IMG/VR virus record: IMGVR_UViG_3300006789_000016 | Location: 1 to 64,000 of that record | Origin: an uncultured virus (IMG/VR IMGVR_UViG_3300006789_000016) | Lineage: Duplodnaviria > Heunggongvirae > Uroviricota > Caudoviricetes | Strand: one strand, 5' to 3' | Length of the DNA: 64,000 nucleotides | Shown here: positions 45,810 to 54,706 of the stretch, piece after piece | How positions within the stretch are numbered: the stretch's first letter is position 1 | How the letters are laid out: each line of letters begins with the position of its first letter | Position numbers and translations under genes: made by a program | The notes under the pieces: generated by a model | Databases searched by the model: none | Told to the model about the DNA's origin: nothing | What the model saw: only the letters and a program-made list of their open reading frames with translations

Positions 45810-46893
45810 CTTAATAGCAAAAGCGCTAGGTAGCCGAAAATTCGGCAAGATTCTTTCTCTTTACAGCACTATGTCTATTTGCGACCTTGCTGATAAATAC
45901 CTTATTTCTCCGATGGCTGTATATCTTATATATGATATGAGTTTAGAAGCAGACATCCATATGTCTCATTGGACAAGCAAACAAGATAAACTATTAGAAA
46001 ATTCATATCCCTATTACACATCTGCTCTAGAACACTCTCGTGAAGAGGGGCTTCAGCGAGCATTGCAACTGAAATTAATAAGCACAGGGTGGGATGTTCA
46101 AAACCTGAAATATCTAACTCATTATAGAAATAGTAATTATTCTATTAAAACTTGCGCGGCATTTCTCCATAAAAATGTTTCTGATGTGCAAGCAAAAGCA
46201 AAAGAATTAGGGCTTCTTAAAAGATACACCCCAACGAAAATACAACTCTCTAATCTTAAGAAACTTATTGATGCCCAACCCCACTCTCTGAACATTTATG
46301 ACTTAAGTTCTCTAACACAAATTCCCCCAGAAACTATTTCTGCTGTGTGTTTTAATAAAAAATGGACTAATAAATTAGAGAGAACAAACTCAAAAGGATG
46401 TGCTCAACTTAAGCATATCTTGCAAAATATTTACCCAAATACTACCATTATTGAAGAGTATCAAGTCGGCGAAAAGCTGCGTCTAGACCTCTATATCCCT
46501 GATCTTAATATAGGTTTTGAATATGATGGAATTCAGCATTTTGAATTCACTCCAATGTTTCACAATTGTGTAGAAGACTTCTTAGAGGGAGTCCGTAAAG
46601 ACACTCTTAAAGAAAAGCTGTGTACAAAACGTGGTATAACTTTAGTTAGGTTTTCCTACAAAGAAGTTTTAACCAAAGGTACTGTTACCAACAAGATCAA
46701 AGATATTGGTTATGGGACAGGTATAATAGAAGATGCGTCTGTTCTTACTGCTAAAGAAAAGAAAGCACAAGAACAAAACAACTATAAGCACAGTCAGAAA
46801 CAGAAACAAAAAGAATGGAGAAAGAAACAATATGAAAAGCTGCGCGAATTCAAAAAGAAAAAACGAGGTGTCGATGTCTCAAGCTCCAGCTGA
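45775..46893 (+). CDS. HTH/Myb-repeat protein with C-terminal DUF559/Vsr-like endonuclease domain
   Basis: WTSKQDKLL and WDVQNLKYL repeats; EEYQVG...LRLDLYIP...FEYDGIQHF...D..KEKLC...GITLVRF. Confidence 0.65.
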   Translation: MTWDLSQQQRFDLIAKALGSRKFGKILSLYSTMSICDLADKYLISPMAVYLIYDMSLEADIHMSHWTSKQDKLLENSYPYYTSALEHSREEGLQRALQLKLISTGWDVQNLKYLTHYRNSNYSIKTCAAFLHKNVSDVQAKAKELGLLKRYTPTKIQLSNLKKLIDAQPHSLNIYDLSSLTQIPPETISAVCFNKKWTNKLERTNSKGCAQLKHILQNIYPNTTIIEEYQVGEKLRLDLYIPDLNIGFEYDGIQHFEFTPMFHNCVEDFLEGVRKDTLKEKLCTKRGITLVRFSYKEVLTKGTVTNKIKDIGYGTGIIEDASVLTAKEKKAQEQNNYKHSQKQKQKEWRKKQYEKLREFKKKKRGVDVSSSS

Positions 46894-47440
46894 AGAGCCT
46901 ACCCCTTTAATGTATGATCCATTTTTAGCTGCTCGAACCATTAGAGTTTTTGGTGAAATAGATAGTGACGTAGCCCAAAGTGTCTTTGAACATATTTATA
47001 TATTAGAGGTACTAGACCCCGACGAACCCATTAAGCTTTATATCAACAGCCCAGGAGGAGATGTTTACGCTATGTTCGCGATTGTAGATACAATCAAAAG
47101 TACAACTTGTCCTGTATATACTATCGGATCTGGACAAGTCATGAGTGCTGCAACTTTGATTTTAGCTGCTGGCACTCCTGGCCATCGCTCTCTTTTTCCA
47201 AACACTACCCTAATGCTCCACGAAGCATTTTCTGCTGTTTCAGGGAAGTTAACTGATATCACTATTCATCATAAAGAAACAACTAGATTACAAAAATTAT
47301 ATATAAAACTTCTTGAAAAATACACAGGAACGGCTAAAGCCGATCTGGTGTCTTATATTCTTGGAAGTGATTACTACTTTAGCCCAACACAAGCTTTAAA
47401 GCTTGGTTTGGCTGATAAGATTACAAAGAAATTAATTTAA
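46874..47440 (+). CDS. clpP: ClpP-family protease 2
   Basis: IKLYINSPGGDV, GQVMSAA (Ser), LMLHEA (His), DYYFSPTQALKLGLADKI; GAGG RBS before ATG 46874. Confidence 0.88.
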   Translation: MSQAPAEEPTPLMYDPFLAARTIRVFGEIDSDVAQSVFEHIYILEVLDPDEPIKLYINSPGGDVYAMFAIVDTIKSTTCPVYTIGSGQVMSAATLILAAGTPGHRSLFPNTTLMLHEAFSAVSGKLTDITIHHKETTRLQKLYIKLLEKYTGTAKADLVSYILGSDYYFSPTQALKLGLADKITKKLI

Positions 47441-47444
47441 TATT

Positions 47445-47762
47445 ATGTCTGTAGACGATAGGCTTTTGAAAATCCAACATGATGTGGACGAGATAAAAAG
47501 AGTACAGACATACACTACTGCACATCTAGACAATCTTTCAAGAGAATACAATAGAACTTCAGCTGCCTTAGAGAAAATGGCACAGATTCAACAAGACAAA
47601 TCTAATGCTAAAAAAGAGGCTATTAAAGAAATCTGGGCTGTTCTAAAGAAACCATTAACGATCTTTTTGTTAGCATGGGCAACTTCAATGAGTTATCTCT
47701 ACTTTTCAAAAGGAGAAAGCCCTGCCCCTGAGGCAGTAGAGTATCACAACAAGGGGGACTAA
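47445..47762 (+). CDS. Coiled-coil protein with C-terminal TM helix
   Basis: Hydrophobic segment PLTIFLLAWATSMSYLYF. Confidence 0.5.
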   Translation: MSVDDRLLKIQHDVDEIKRVQTYTTAHLDNLSREYNRTSAALEKMAQIQQDKSNAKKEAIKEIWAVLKKPLTIFLLAWATSMSYLYFSKGESPAPEAVEYHNKGD

Positions 47763-48157
47763 TGTACACTTTTCTTTTAGCAGAAGACTATCACCCTGAT
47801 ATTCTTCTATTTAGAAAAGCCATCAAGGAACTTGGATTGCCTGTTCGTTTGATAGAAGTGCGGAATGGCGAAGAAGCCTGGACTAAATTACAAACAGAGT
47901 CTATAGATTTAATTATCTCAGATTTAAAAATGCCAGAGCTTGGTGGTGTAGACTTATTAAAAAGAATCAATCAAGACTCTAGGCTTAAAATGATTCCATT
48001 TATTATCTTTTCAAATTCAATCAATCCAGAAGATATACAGAAAGCTTATGAGCATTACGCAAATAGCTACTTACAAAAACCAGGCTTGTTTGAAGACTTG
48101 AAAGAACTCCTTGCTAAAGTTCATGACTATTGGTTGAATACAAATGAGAGAATTTAG
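47762..48157 (+). CDS. Single-domain response regulator (receiver domain)
   Basis: FLLAED, LIISDLKMPELGG (phospho-Asp), IIFSNS, ANSYLQKP. Confidence 0.9.
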   Translation: MYTFLLAEDYHPDILLFRKAIKELGLPVRLIEVRNGEEAWTKLQTESIDLIISDLKMPELGGVDLLKRINQDSRLKMIPFIIFSNSINPEDIQKAYEHYANSYLQKPGLFEDLKELLAKVHDYWLNTNERI

Positions 48158-48951
48158 TGACCAAGAAACAATGCACAAAGTGCAAGGCCACGAAAACCTT
48201 ACGTAGTTTTCATAAAGATGCCAATAAACCAGATGGCTATGCCTCTAACTGTAAACTTTGTCGAAAAAAGCACAAAGAAAAAGCTACAGCAGAAGGCAAT
48301 GCATATCATCAGACACCTATAGCTAGATATAAATCATATCAAAGAGGTGCTAAACAAAGATCTTTAAAATGGGAATTAACAGAAGAGGAATTTCTTCAAT
48401 TCTGGCAAAGACCTTGTTTCTATTGTACGGCACAGATAAGCACAATTGGCCTTGATCGTTTAGATAATAATTTAGGCTACACGATGACAAATGTAGTGCC
48501 ATGCTGCACATCATGCAACTTCTTAAAGGGTCCTCGTGGGGCTGATGATTTTATTTCAAAATGCTTCAAGATTGGACAGAATAAAATTCCTTACAAACTA
48601 TTAACTAGCTTTACTGTTGACTCCAAGCCTATCTCTACAAACAAAGGTTATTTCATAGGAAATAAACGTATGTTTAAAACTAAAGAAGCAGTGCATTGGC
48701 AAGCGGCAATCAAAGAAGCCTGTCCGTATACAGGTGAGGTAATTCAGGGAAAGAAGATTCATGTAGAAATAGACTTCTTCTTTAAAACAACCGCTAGTGA
48801 CGTTGACGGACCCACCAAGTTCACCATGGATGCCCTGGAAAAAATTGTCTACTTCAATGATAAGCAAATTTATTCGGTCAAGCTTACCAAAAACAAAGAT
48901 AAAGATAATCCCCATGCTAAAATTCGAGTATATGAAATCATTGAACTCTAA
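48157..48951 (+). CDS. HNH-type endonuclease fused to RusA-like resolvase
   Basis: CTKC...CKLC; CFYC...GLDRLDNNLGY...NVVPCCTSCN..K; C-terminal KPISTN...DVDGPTKFTMDAL...NDKQI. Confidence 0.8.
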   Translation: MTKKQCTKCKATKTLRSFHKDANKPDGYASNCKLCRKKHKEKATAEGNAYHQTPIARYKSYQRGAKQRSLKWELTEEEFLQFWQRPCFYCTAQISTIGLDRLDNNLGYTMTNVVPCCTSCNFLKGPRGADDFISKCFKIGQNKIPYKLLTSFTVDSKPISTNKGYFIGNKRMFKTKEAVHWQAAIKEACPYTGEVIQGKKIHVEIDFFFKTTASDVDGPTKFTMDALEKIVYFNDKQIYSVKLTKNKDKDNPHAKIRVYEIIEL

Positions 48952-49194
48952 AACACGGACAACTTCTAATCCCTCCAAAATAAAGAAAAAAAAAGGAAGG
49001 AAGAAGAAATCCAAATACTAGAAACCACCTACAAAAGACAAGTGTGGTATAAACTAACTAACTGGGAAAGATACATCTTGTATCTCCACTCATACTGCGG
49101 CTTAACGGCTAGAGATATTAGCAGGATTACAGGAGTGGCGAAGACAGATATAGCAAAAGATATAAAAGGAGTATTAGATGGCATTCGCTGTTAA
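48932..49194 (+). other. Sigma-region-4-like HTH gene split by a -1 frameshift at an A9 tract
   Basis: The ATG 48932 frame stops at 49021. The -1 frame (48970-49194, no ATG) encodes ...KLTNWERYILYLHSYCGLTARDISRITGVAKTDIAKDIK. The A9 run is at 48986-48994. Confidence 0.5.
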
Positions 49195-49642
49195 GGGCAG
49201 ACCAGACACTTATGGTGCTACAAACCAAGGTGACATTGTGGATAATACATTTCCACACGAAAACTTTAAGACAGTTGTCTGGGATGATCCTAAGGATTGC
49301 CCGGGTTTAACTATTGACTTCGCAGACCGAGAGAAGGAAGAGTCTATCAGTACCTTTATTTACAACTCTCTTAGAACAAGAACCCTTCCCCAGGTTTGGG
49401 AGCTTGAATTAAGCAGCAACATGAAGACAACAAATACACGGTGGACAGGTATCATCGATGACAGAAAAATGTACAAGCGTCCTCTTCGAGACTCATGTAC
49501 AGAAATAGCTCGTCAAATACTAGGCACAGACAATGTCGTTGGTATTCGTATTACCCAACAACATGGTGCTCAGCTCGCCATCAATCCAGATGGCCCTGCG
49601 GATACAAAGAGAAGTCTAACCATGGTCTACAAGGCACTGTAA
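49178..49642 (+). CDS. Hypothetical protein
   Basis: AAGGAG RBS; followed by a terminator. Confidence 0.65.
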   Translation: MAFAVKGRPDTYGATNQGDIVDNTFPHENFKTVVWDDPKDCPGLTIDFADREKEESISTFIYNSLRTRTLPQVWELELSSNMKTTNTRWTGIIDDRKMYKRPLRDSCTEIARQILGTDNVVGIRITQQHGAQLAINPDGPADTKRSLTMVYKAL

Positions 49643-49664
49643 GTACTTGTTTCATAAGAAGACT

Positions 49665-49694
49665 AAGAGGGAGCCTGAGTGCTCCCTCTTTTTA
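49665..49694 (+). terminator. Rho-independent terminator
   Basis: AAGAGGGAGC-CTGAGT-GCTCCCTCTT followed by TTT. Confidence 0.8.
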
Positions 49695-49698
49695 TGTT

Positions 49699-50253
49699 AT
49701 GACTGATGCCTTGGACAGATACATATTCCCTCTTGGGACTATTCAGAGAGCGCCCGCGGCTATCTCTTTGTTGAATAATATTTATAATAAATATGAAGTC
49801 AATTGCCCAACGAGAGAAGAACAACAAGAATATGTTGATCATATAAAAACTTTCTTATCATTATCAACAGCTGTTGCTCGTGGTTATCTTTTCTTACCAA
49901 TTCCCCACATTCCCGCCTTGGGAATGTTAGGGGTAGTCCAGTTACCTGTTAATCCTATTTATTTTAGAGGAGTTTCTTCTCCATTTGGAATACATACCAC
50001 CAACCCAATTGGCCAAGATGTTCTTGACATTAGTGTATTGTGGCAACAAAAACTAACGACAAAACCAGAGAGAAGAAAAAGCGAAGTAATAAAAAATAGG
50101 CCTATCGGAGAAGAAGGCTTTGCCTTTAAGTGTCTCCCAGATAGAACCTATTTATTACAAGACTGCGAATGGGTTGCAACGAACCCACCCACTTTAATTG
50201 GAAATAAATCCCTCTTGCTGATTAAGACTGATGATAAGATTCAAGCTGAGTAG
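49699..50253 (+). CDS. Hypothetical protein
   Basis: ATG after the terminator; last + strand gene before the convergence point. Confidence 0.5.
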   Translation: MTDALDRYIFPLGTIQRAPAAISLLNNIYNKYEVNCPTREEQQEYVDHIKTFLSLSTAVARGYLFLPIPHIPALGMLGVVQLPVNPIYFRGVSSPFGIHTTNPIGQDVLDISVLWQQKLTTKPERRKSEVIKNRPIGEEGFAFKCLPDRTYLLQDCEWVATNPPTLIGNKSLLLIKTDDKIQAE

Positions 50254-50467
50254 CTCTTGACTCTACACCATCCATACGGGTCTTCAGTTGCTCAACATCT
50301 GTTTGTTTGAGAAGACCCAACTGTGTTATCTGATCAATTGTGATAGTACGCCCGAGAGCAGTGATAACATCATTCATCTTATTCTCAAGTGCCTTGACTC
50401 TAGCCAACAGGGATTGATACTCCACAGAACTAACAGGCATATTACATCGCCTCCTCTTCGAAACCAT
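50222..50467 (-). CDS. Small coiled-coil protein
   Basis: Last gene of the minus-strand block; heptad pattern. Confidence 0.5.
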   Translation of the reverse strand: MVSKRRRCNMPVSSVEYQSLLARVKALENKMNDVITALGRTITIDQITQLGLLKQTDVEQLKTRMDGVESRATQLESYHQS

Positions 50468-50693
50468 TTTGTTTTTTCTCTACAGGAGAGAACTTGGCCG
50501 CTACATTGGATGCAAAATAAGCACCCCAAATCATACTTAGAAAAGCAACCCATTGCTCACCTGCAATTAGCACCCACTGAACAGCACCAAAAGCCGTCCA
50601 GGTTAAAGGAACTGCAAACAATAAGGTAACCAATATTGTTAGTCCTACGGCTGCAGAGAATTTACGGGAAACCCATTTATTATGTTGTTCCAT
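50442..50693 (-). CDS. Two-TM membrane protein, holin-like
   Basis: SRKF motif followed by two hydrophobic helices and a charged tail. Confidence 0.5.
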   Translation of the reverse strand: MEQHNKWVSRKFSAAVGLTILVTLLFAVPLTWTAFGAVQWVLIAGEQWVAFLSMIWGAYFASNVAAKFSPVEKKQNGFEEEAM

Positions 50694-50696
50694 TTT

Positions 50697-51686
50697 CTAA
50701 GTATAGCATCCTAACTGTAATGCCGTTAAATCGCTGAGATACATTTCTCGAAGAAGATCTCTCCAACTATAGCTAGGAGTCCAATCCAGGATAGCTTCTG
50801 CTTTAGAACCATCGCCTTTAAGATATGGAACATCAGACGGCCGCATGTATCGCTTATCCATCCGATATACATCTTCATATTTGAGTTCTGCAAGTTCACA
50901 AACATACGCTAACATCTCCCTGATTGATACTGATTCACCAGTTGCAATCACAAAATCTTGAGGTTTATCTTCTTGAAGCATTAGGTGCATAGCTCTAACA
51001 TAATCTTTACTATGCCCTATGTCTCTGTATGCATCCATGTTACCCATATCTAGGCGATCTTGCAAGCCTAATTTTACAGAAGCAACACCTTTTGTGATCT
51101 TCCTTGGAGCAAAGTCTAATCCTCGTCTAGGTGACTCATGATTAAAAAGGATACCAGAACAGCAGTGAAGATCGTAGGCTTCACGATAGTTACGAACAGC
51201 ATAAAAGCTAGCAGCTTTAGCAACAGCATAAGGGGACCGGGGGTCGATGGGTGATTCTTCATTGTAGCCAGACTCAGGACATTTCATTCCTCCAAACAAT
51301 TCACTTGTTGCGGCAAAGTAAACCCTGGTCATAGGGCTCTCTTGTCTTACCGCTTCTAGTGCTCCAATAGTGGCCTCTGCGTCCACCCTGAAGGTCTGTA
51401 TTGGCTCTTTGAAGGACTGGCCGACATGGGACATGGCTGCAAGCAAATAAAGCTCTGTGGGCTGTATCTGGCGCATTAGAGACTGCATCTGAGCATGGTC
51501 ACATATATCACCAGGAACTAAATGAAGTTTAGGGTGTTCTTTAATAAGTTTAATATTATTAAAGTTATTCCCTGTGCTCACTCTGCGATATAATCCATAA
51601 ACATCGTAATCTTGTCCAATAAGATACTCTGCAAGATAACTGCCATCCTGGCCCGTCACCCCGGTAATCAACGCACGCTTCTTCAT
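50697..51686 (-). CDS. gmd: GDP-mannose 4,6-dehydratase
   Basis: ALITGVTGQDGSYLAE, AAMSHVGQSF, TSELFG, PRSPYAVAK, GILFNHESPRRG. Confidence 0.95.
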   Translation of the reverse strand: MKKRALITGVTGQDGSYLAEYLIGQDYDVYGLYRRVSTGNNFNNIKLIKEHPKLHLVPGDICDHAQMQSLMRQIQPTELYLLAAMSHVGQSFKEPIQTFRVDAEATIGALEAVRQESPMTRVYFAATSELFGGMKCPESGYNEESPIDPRSPYAVAKAASFYAVRNYREAYDLHCCSGILFNHESPRRGLDFAPRKITKGVASVKLGLQDRLDMGNMDAYRDIGHSKDYVRAMHLMLQEDKPQDFVIATGESVSIREMLAYVCELAELKYEDVYRMDKRYMRPSDVPYLKGDGSKAEAILDWTPSYSWRDLLREMYLSDLTALQLGCYT

Positions 51687-52783
51687 TCTGCCTCCACAGA
51701 GTTTACTGCTTCAACAACAAGATTTGCTTGTTCTTTTGTCATACAGGGATGAATTGGAAGAGAGATAAGGCGCTCAGATAGAGCTTCACAAACAGGTGTA
51801 GTTGCCGAACCAAAGAGCCCAGTCTCAGATAATGCCTCAGGATAATGATAGCCAAAAGCAATGTCAGCATTTGTCAAAGCAATTGCCACATGGTCACGAT
51901 GCTTAGGGCTATCACAGCGATATTCATAGAGATGATAAACATGAGTTGATCCTACTTGTTTCCCAGGCGACCGGTGTTCAAATGCATTGTCATATATCTT
52001 CGCCACTTCTTGTCTCTTCTTGTTCCATCCATCTAGAGCCCCCAGAGCATGGAATAACTGAGCTGCCTTGATTGTGTCAAGTCGAGAATTGCCTCCTAGG
52101 ATTTTATGCTCATATTTCTTTTGGGCGCCCTGGTTGATCCAGGTACGAACATAATTAGCAATCTCTGTATTGTCTGTTAAAACAGCTCCACCCTGTCCTA
52201 TAGTACCAAGGTTCTTGGCAGGATAAAAGGATGTTGTGGCGGCATCTGCATAAGCTCCTAGGTGTTGTTTATTAAAAGTTGCTCCCAGTGACTGCGCGCC
52301 ATCTTCTATTAAATAAACTCCATGAGCCCAACACAGATCTTTTAGTTTAGCCATGTCTGGCCTTTGACCATAAAGAGATACAGCGACAACAGCAAGAAAT
52401 TCACCTTTCCTAAAAGCAAGATGATTTCTTACAGAATCTATATTAATTAGATATGTATTCGGATCAACGTCAACAAAGACAGGCTCTAGTCCAGCCTGTA
52501 CAGCAGCGTAGGCAGTTGCAATAAAAGTATTATTTGGCATTAATACTTTTTTTCGCTTAAGACTACCAGGAAGAGAAGAGAACACAATCCGCAAGGCATC
52601 CGTTCCATTTCCTACACCAACTACATGTTTGCATCCAGTATAGTCTTCAAGAGCATTCTCAAAACGTTTAAGATATGATCCTCCAACAAACTGACAAGTA
52701 TGAAGAATATCTAGAACATCTTTATCAATTGCATCCTGTATCTCTTTATACTGTCCGGGTAGATTTACAAAGTTAACTTTCAT
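51683..52783 (-). CDS. DegT/DnrJ/EryC1/StrS sugar aminotransferase (WbpE-like)
   Basis: GNGTDAL, NTFIATA, IEDGAQSLGA, SFYPAKNLG (PLP Lys), GNSRLD, SLPIHP. Confidence 0.93.
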   Translation of the reverse strand: MKVNFVNLPGQYKEIQDAIDKDVLDILHTCQFVGGSYLKRFENALEDYTGCKHVVGVGNGTDALRIVFSSLPGSLKRKKVLMPNNTFIATAYAAVQAGLEPVFVDVDPNTYLINIDSVRNHLAFRKGEFLAVVAVSLYGQRPDMAKLKDLCWAHGVYLIEDGAQSLGATFNKQHLGAYADAATTSFYPAKNLGTIGQGGAVLTDNTEIANYVRTWINQGAQKKYEHKILGGNSRLDTIKAAQLFHALGALDGWNKKRQEVAKIYDNAFEHRSPGKQVGSTHVYHLYEYRCDSPKHRDHVAIALTNADIAFGYHYPEALSETGLFGSATTPVCEALSERLISLPIHPCMTKEQANLVVEAVNSVEAE

Positions 52784-52798
52784 TTTGATTATAGAATC

Positions 52799-53206
52799 CT
52801 ATTCTCGAAGAAATCCAGTTTTTTGGGTTCTTCCTTTTAGATGTTTATTAAAAAATACCAAGTCTGTTCTGTTCCACTTCTTATAACGTCCATGATTTAC
52901 CAATCTCATCTTCTTTATTACTTTGTCTTGACCGCCATGCTTTTTAATTATATTTTTATTAAGATGGACTATATAGTTTCTTACTAATAGTTTTCCTAAC
53001 CTTTCGTATTCTACAAAAGGAATGCTTCTTTGATATCTGCTCGAAACAAGATCTATCAGTCGTAAAAAACTATGATGTTTTGTAAAGATATATGATTCGC
53101 CTCGCTGACCAACAATTTTTGGATGACTAAAGATTACATTTGCCATGTATGTAGTCCCTGATCGCCCGTGGCCGCCAATAATAATTGGTGCTTTTGGTGG
53201 CATCAC
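52799..53206 (-). CDS. Short, probably internally deleted sulfotransferase-like protein
   Basis: 5'-PSB motif IIIGGHGRSGTT..ANVIFSHP; only 135 aa, and no 3'-PB motif recognised. Confidence 0.6.
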   Translation of the reverse strand: MMPPKAPIIIGGHGRSGTTYMANVIFSHPKIVGQRGESYIFTKHHSFLRLIDLVSSRYQRSIPFVEYERLGKLLVRNYIVHLNKNIIKKHGGQDKVIKKMRLVNHGRYKKWNRTDLVFFNKHLKGRTQKTGFLRE

Positions 53207-54117
53207 TTACTCCTTGCTGCTTTTAATACTTGTTCTTTGTGAGCATAATCTCTTTCATTTACAATTCTTATATCACATAATTGTCCAGATTCTGGAAGTA
53301 CCAATACATCTAAAAGATTAAAGTCTTTGTCATATAGATTGATAGCAGAATCTCCACTCTCTCGATCTTCTCTAGATTTGCACTCTGAAACTCCGACGAT
53401 GTAGCAATCTCTTGTGACAGCAAAACCACGTAACCAGGCGCCCTTGCCCAAGAATCTTTCTCTTTGTTTCTTTGTGTTTTGCTCAGTCCATAAAACTCTC
53501 CCATCATGAGAGCTAAAGGTTAAAATCTCACTACCTTCTCTGTAAACATTATGAGCTGCATAGCCAGCTGTAAAGCTATCTACTTCAGTCAAATTCTTGT
53601 CAAGAATAACTATACGGCTTTTACGCTTAAGCTTCTTTTCTGTTCTTGTATTGAAATGAAGTCCAGCAGGACAATAGCCTACTTGGTTATGTTCAACAAC
53701 ATAAAAAAGTTCTTCTTCTTTGTCATACCAAATGGAATTAAAATGATTAAGGTCATTGCCTGTTGGTCGCCAACTAACTGGATCAAAAGCGCCATGCCGA
53801 TATATGTAAAGAGAATTCGTCCCACTGTCTACTACTATTAGACTTCCTTCAAGATGAATCACTTGGTGATGGTGAGTTCCAGGTAAGTCTAATTCGTGTT
53901 TCTTTTTAAAGCTATGGTCCATGACCAAAAGCTTTTCGCTTTTTGTGGCTATTTTATCTTGGTTCTCTCTTGCAACAACATAAAGATTATCTTTATCCCA
54001 AGACATACCATAATAAAGCCCCTGTCCTGTTAAGACAGGAACTATCTGTTTGTCCTGAATATGATAAACAGCTTGAGCCGTTGACACTAAAAAACTAGGC
54101 CACTTCATCCTTATCAA
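53203..54117 (-). CDS. Beta-propeller-like protein
   Basis: GLYYGMSW, HHQV, NHFNSI, AHNV, WLRGFAV...IVGVS repeat pattern. Confidence 0.55.
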   Translation of the reverse strand: MIRMKWPSFLVSTAQAVYHIQDKQIVPVLTGQGLYYGMSWDKDNLYVVARENQDKIATKSEKLLVMDHSFKKKHELDLPGTHHHQVIHLEGSLIVVDSGTNSLYIYRHGAFDPVSWRPTGNDLNHFNSIWYDKEEELFYVVEHNQVGYCPAGLHFNTRTEKKLKRKSRIVILDKNLTEVDSFTAGYAAHNVYREGSEILTFSSHDGRVLWTEQNTKKQRERFLGKGAWLRGFAVTRDCYIVGVSECKSREDRESGDSAINLYDKDFNLLDVLVLPESGQLCDIRIVNERDYAHKEQVLKAARSK

Positions 54118-54706
54118 ACCTCTTGTTCACTAGAAGCTTACCTGTTGATTCCATCTCAGAAAGATATTTTTCTACAATATCATCTGTAAAATTGAGATTG
54201 CAGTCAATTCCAATTCTATCTTCCAGCGGTACTTCGCCAACCCTGACTGCTGGACAGCCAAGATAAATGCCACCCTCTTCGCAATCTTTAACCACTACCG
54301 CGCCCGCACCAACGATAACGTCCTTGCCAATAGTAATACCAGACACAAGGGTTACACTGCCACCAATGATAGCACCTGATTTAATGTGAACACCACGAGA
54401 AATTTTCTTTACATTGCGTTGAAAAGAAACATTCTTCTCATGAATAATCATTATGCCAGGACCAATAAAAACTTTGTCTTCTATGACAGTCCCTTGTGTA
54501 ATGCAAGACATTCTTTTGATATGAACATCATTTCCAATCAATACAGTTTCTGAGGTGTTGCAGTAGTCGTCAAATTTTACATTGTTCCCAATGCGAGTTC
54601 CAGAATGAAGCTTACAAAAGTCTCCAATCTTTACATCGTCACCAAGAACAACATCATTGTCGATAACTGTATATTTTCCTGCTCTTGTATTCTTTCCTAT
54701 TTTCAT
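54095..54706 (-). CDS. Hexapeptide-repeat (left-handed beta-helix) acyltransferase
   Basis: [LIV]G.. hexapeptides, IEDKVFIGPG, VGAGAVVVKD...G.PA. Confidence 0.85.
   Translation of the reverse strand: MKIGKNTRAGKYTVIDNDVVLGDDVKIGDFCKLHSGTRIGNNVKFDDYCNTSETVLIGNDVHIKRMSCITQGTVIEDKVFIGPGIMIIHEKNVSFQRNVKKISRGVHIKSGAIIGGSVTLVSGITIGKDVIVGAGAVVVKDCEEGGIYLGCPAVRVGEVPLEDRIGIDCNLNFTDDIVEKYLSEMESTGKLLVNKRFDKDEVA

Noticed and set aside
738..49014. Many short minus-strand and alternate-frame ORFs inside the + arm, and + strand ORFs inside the glycan cluster
   Set aside because: They are shadows of motif-bearing genes and have no recognisable motifs.
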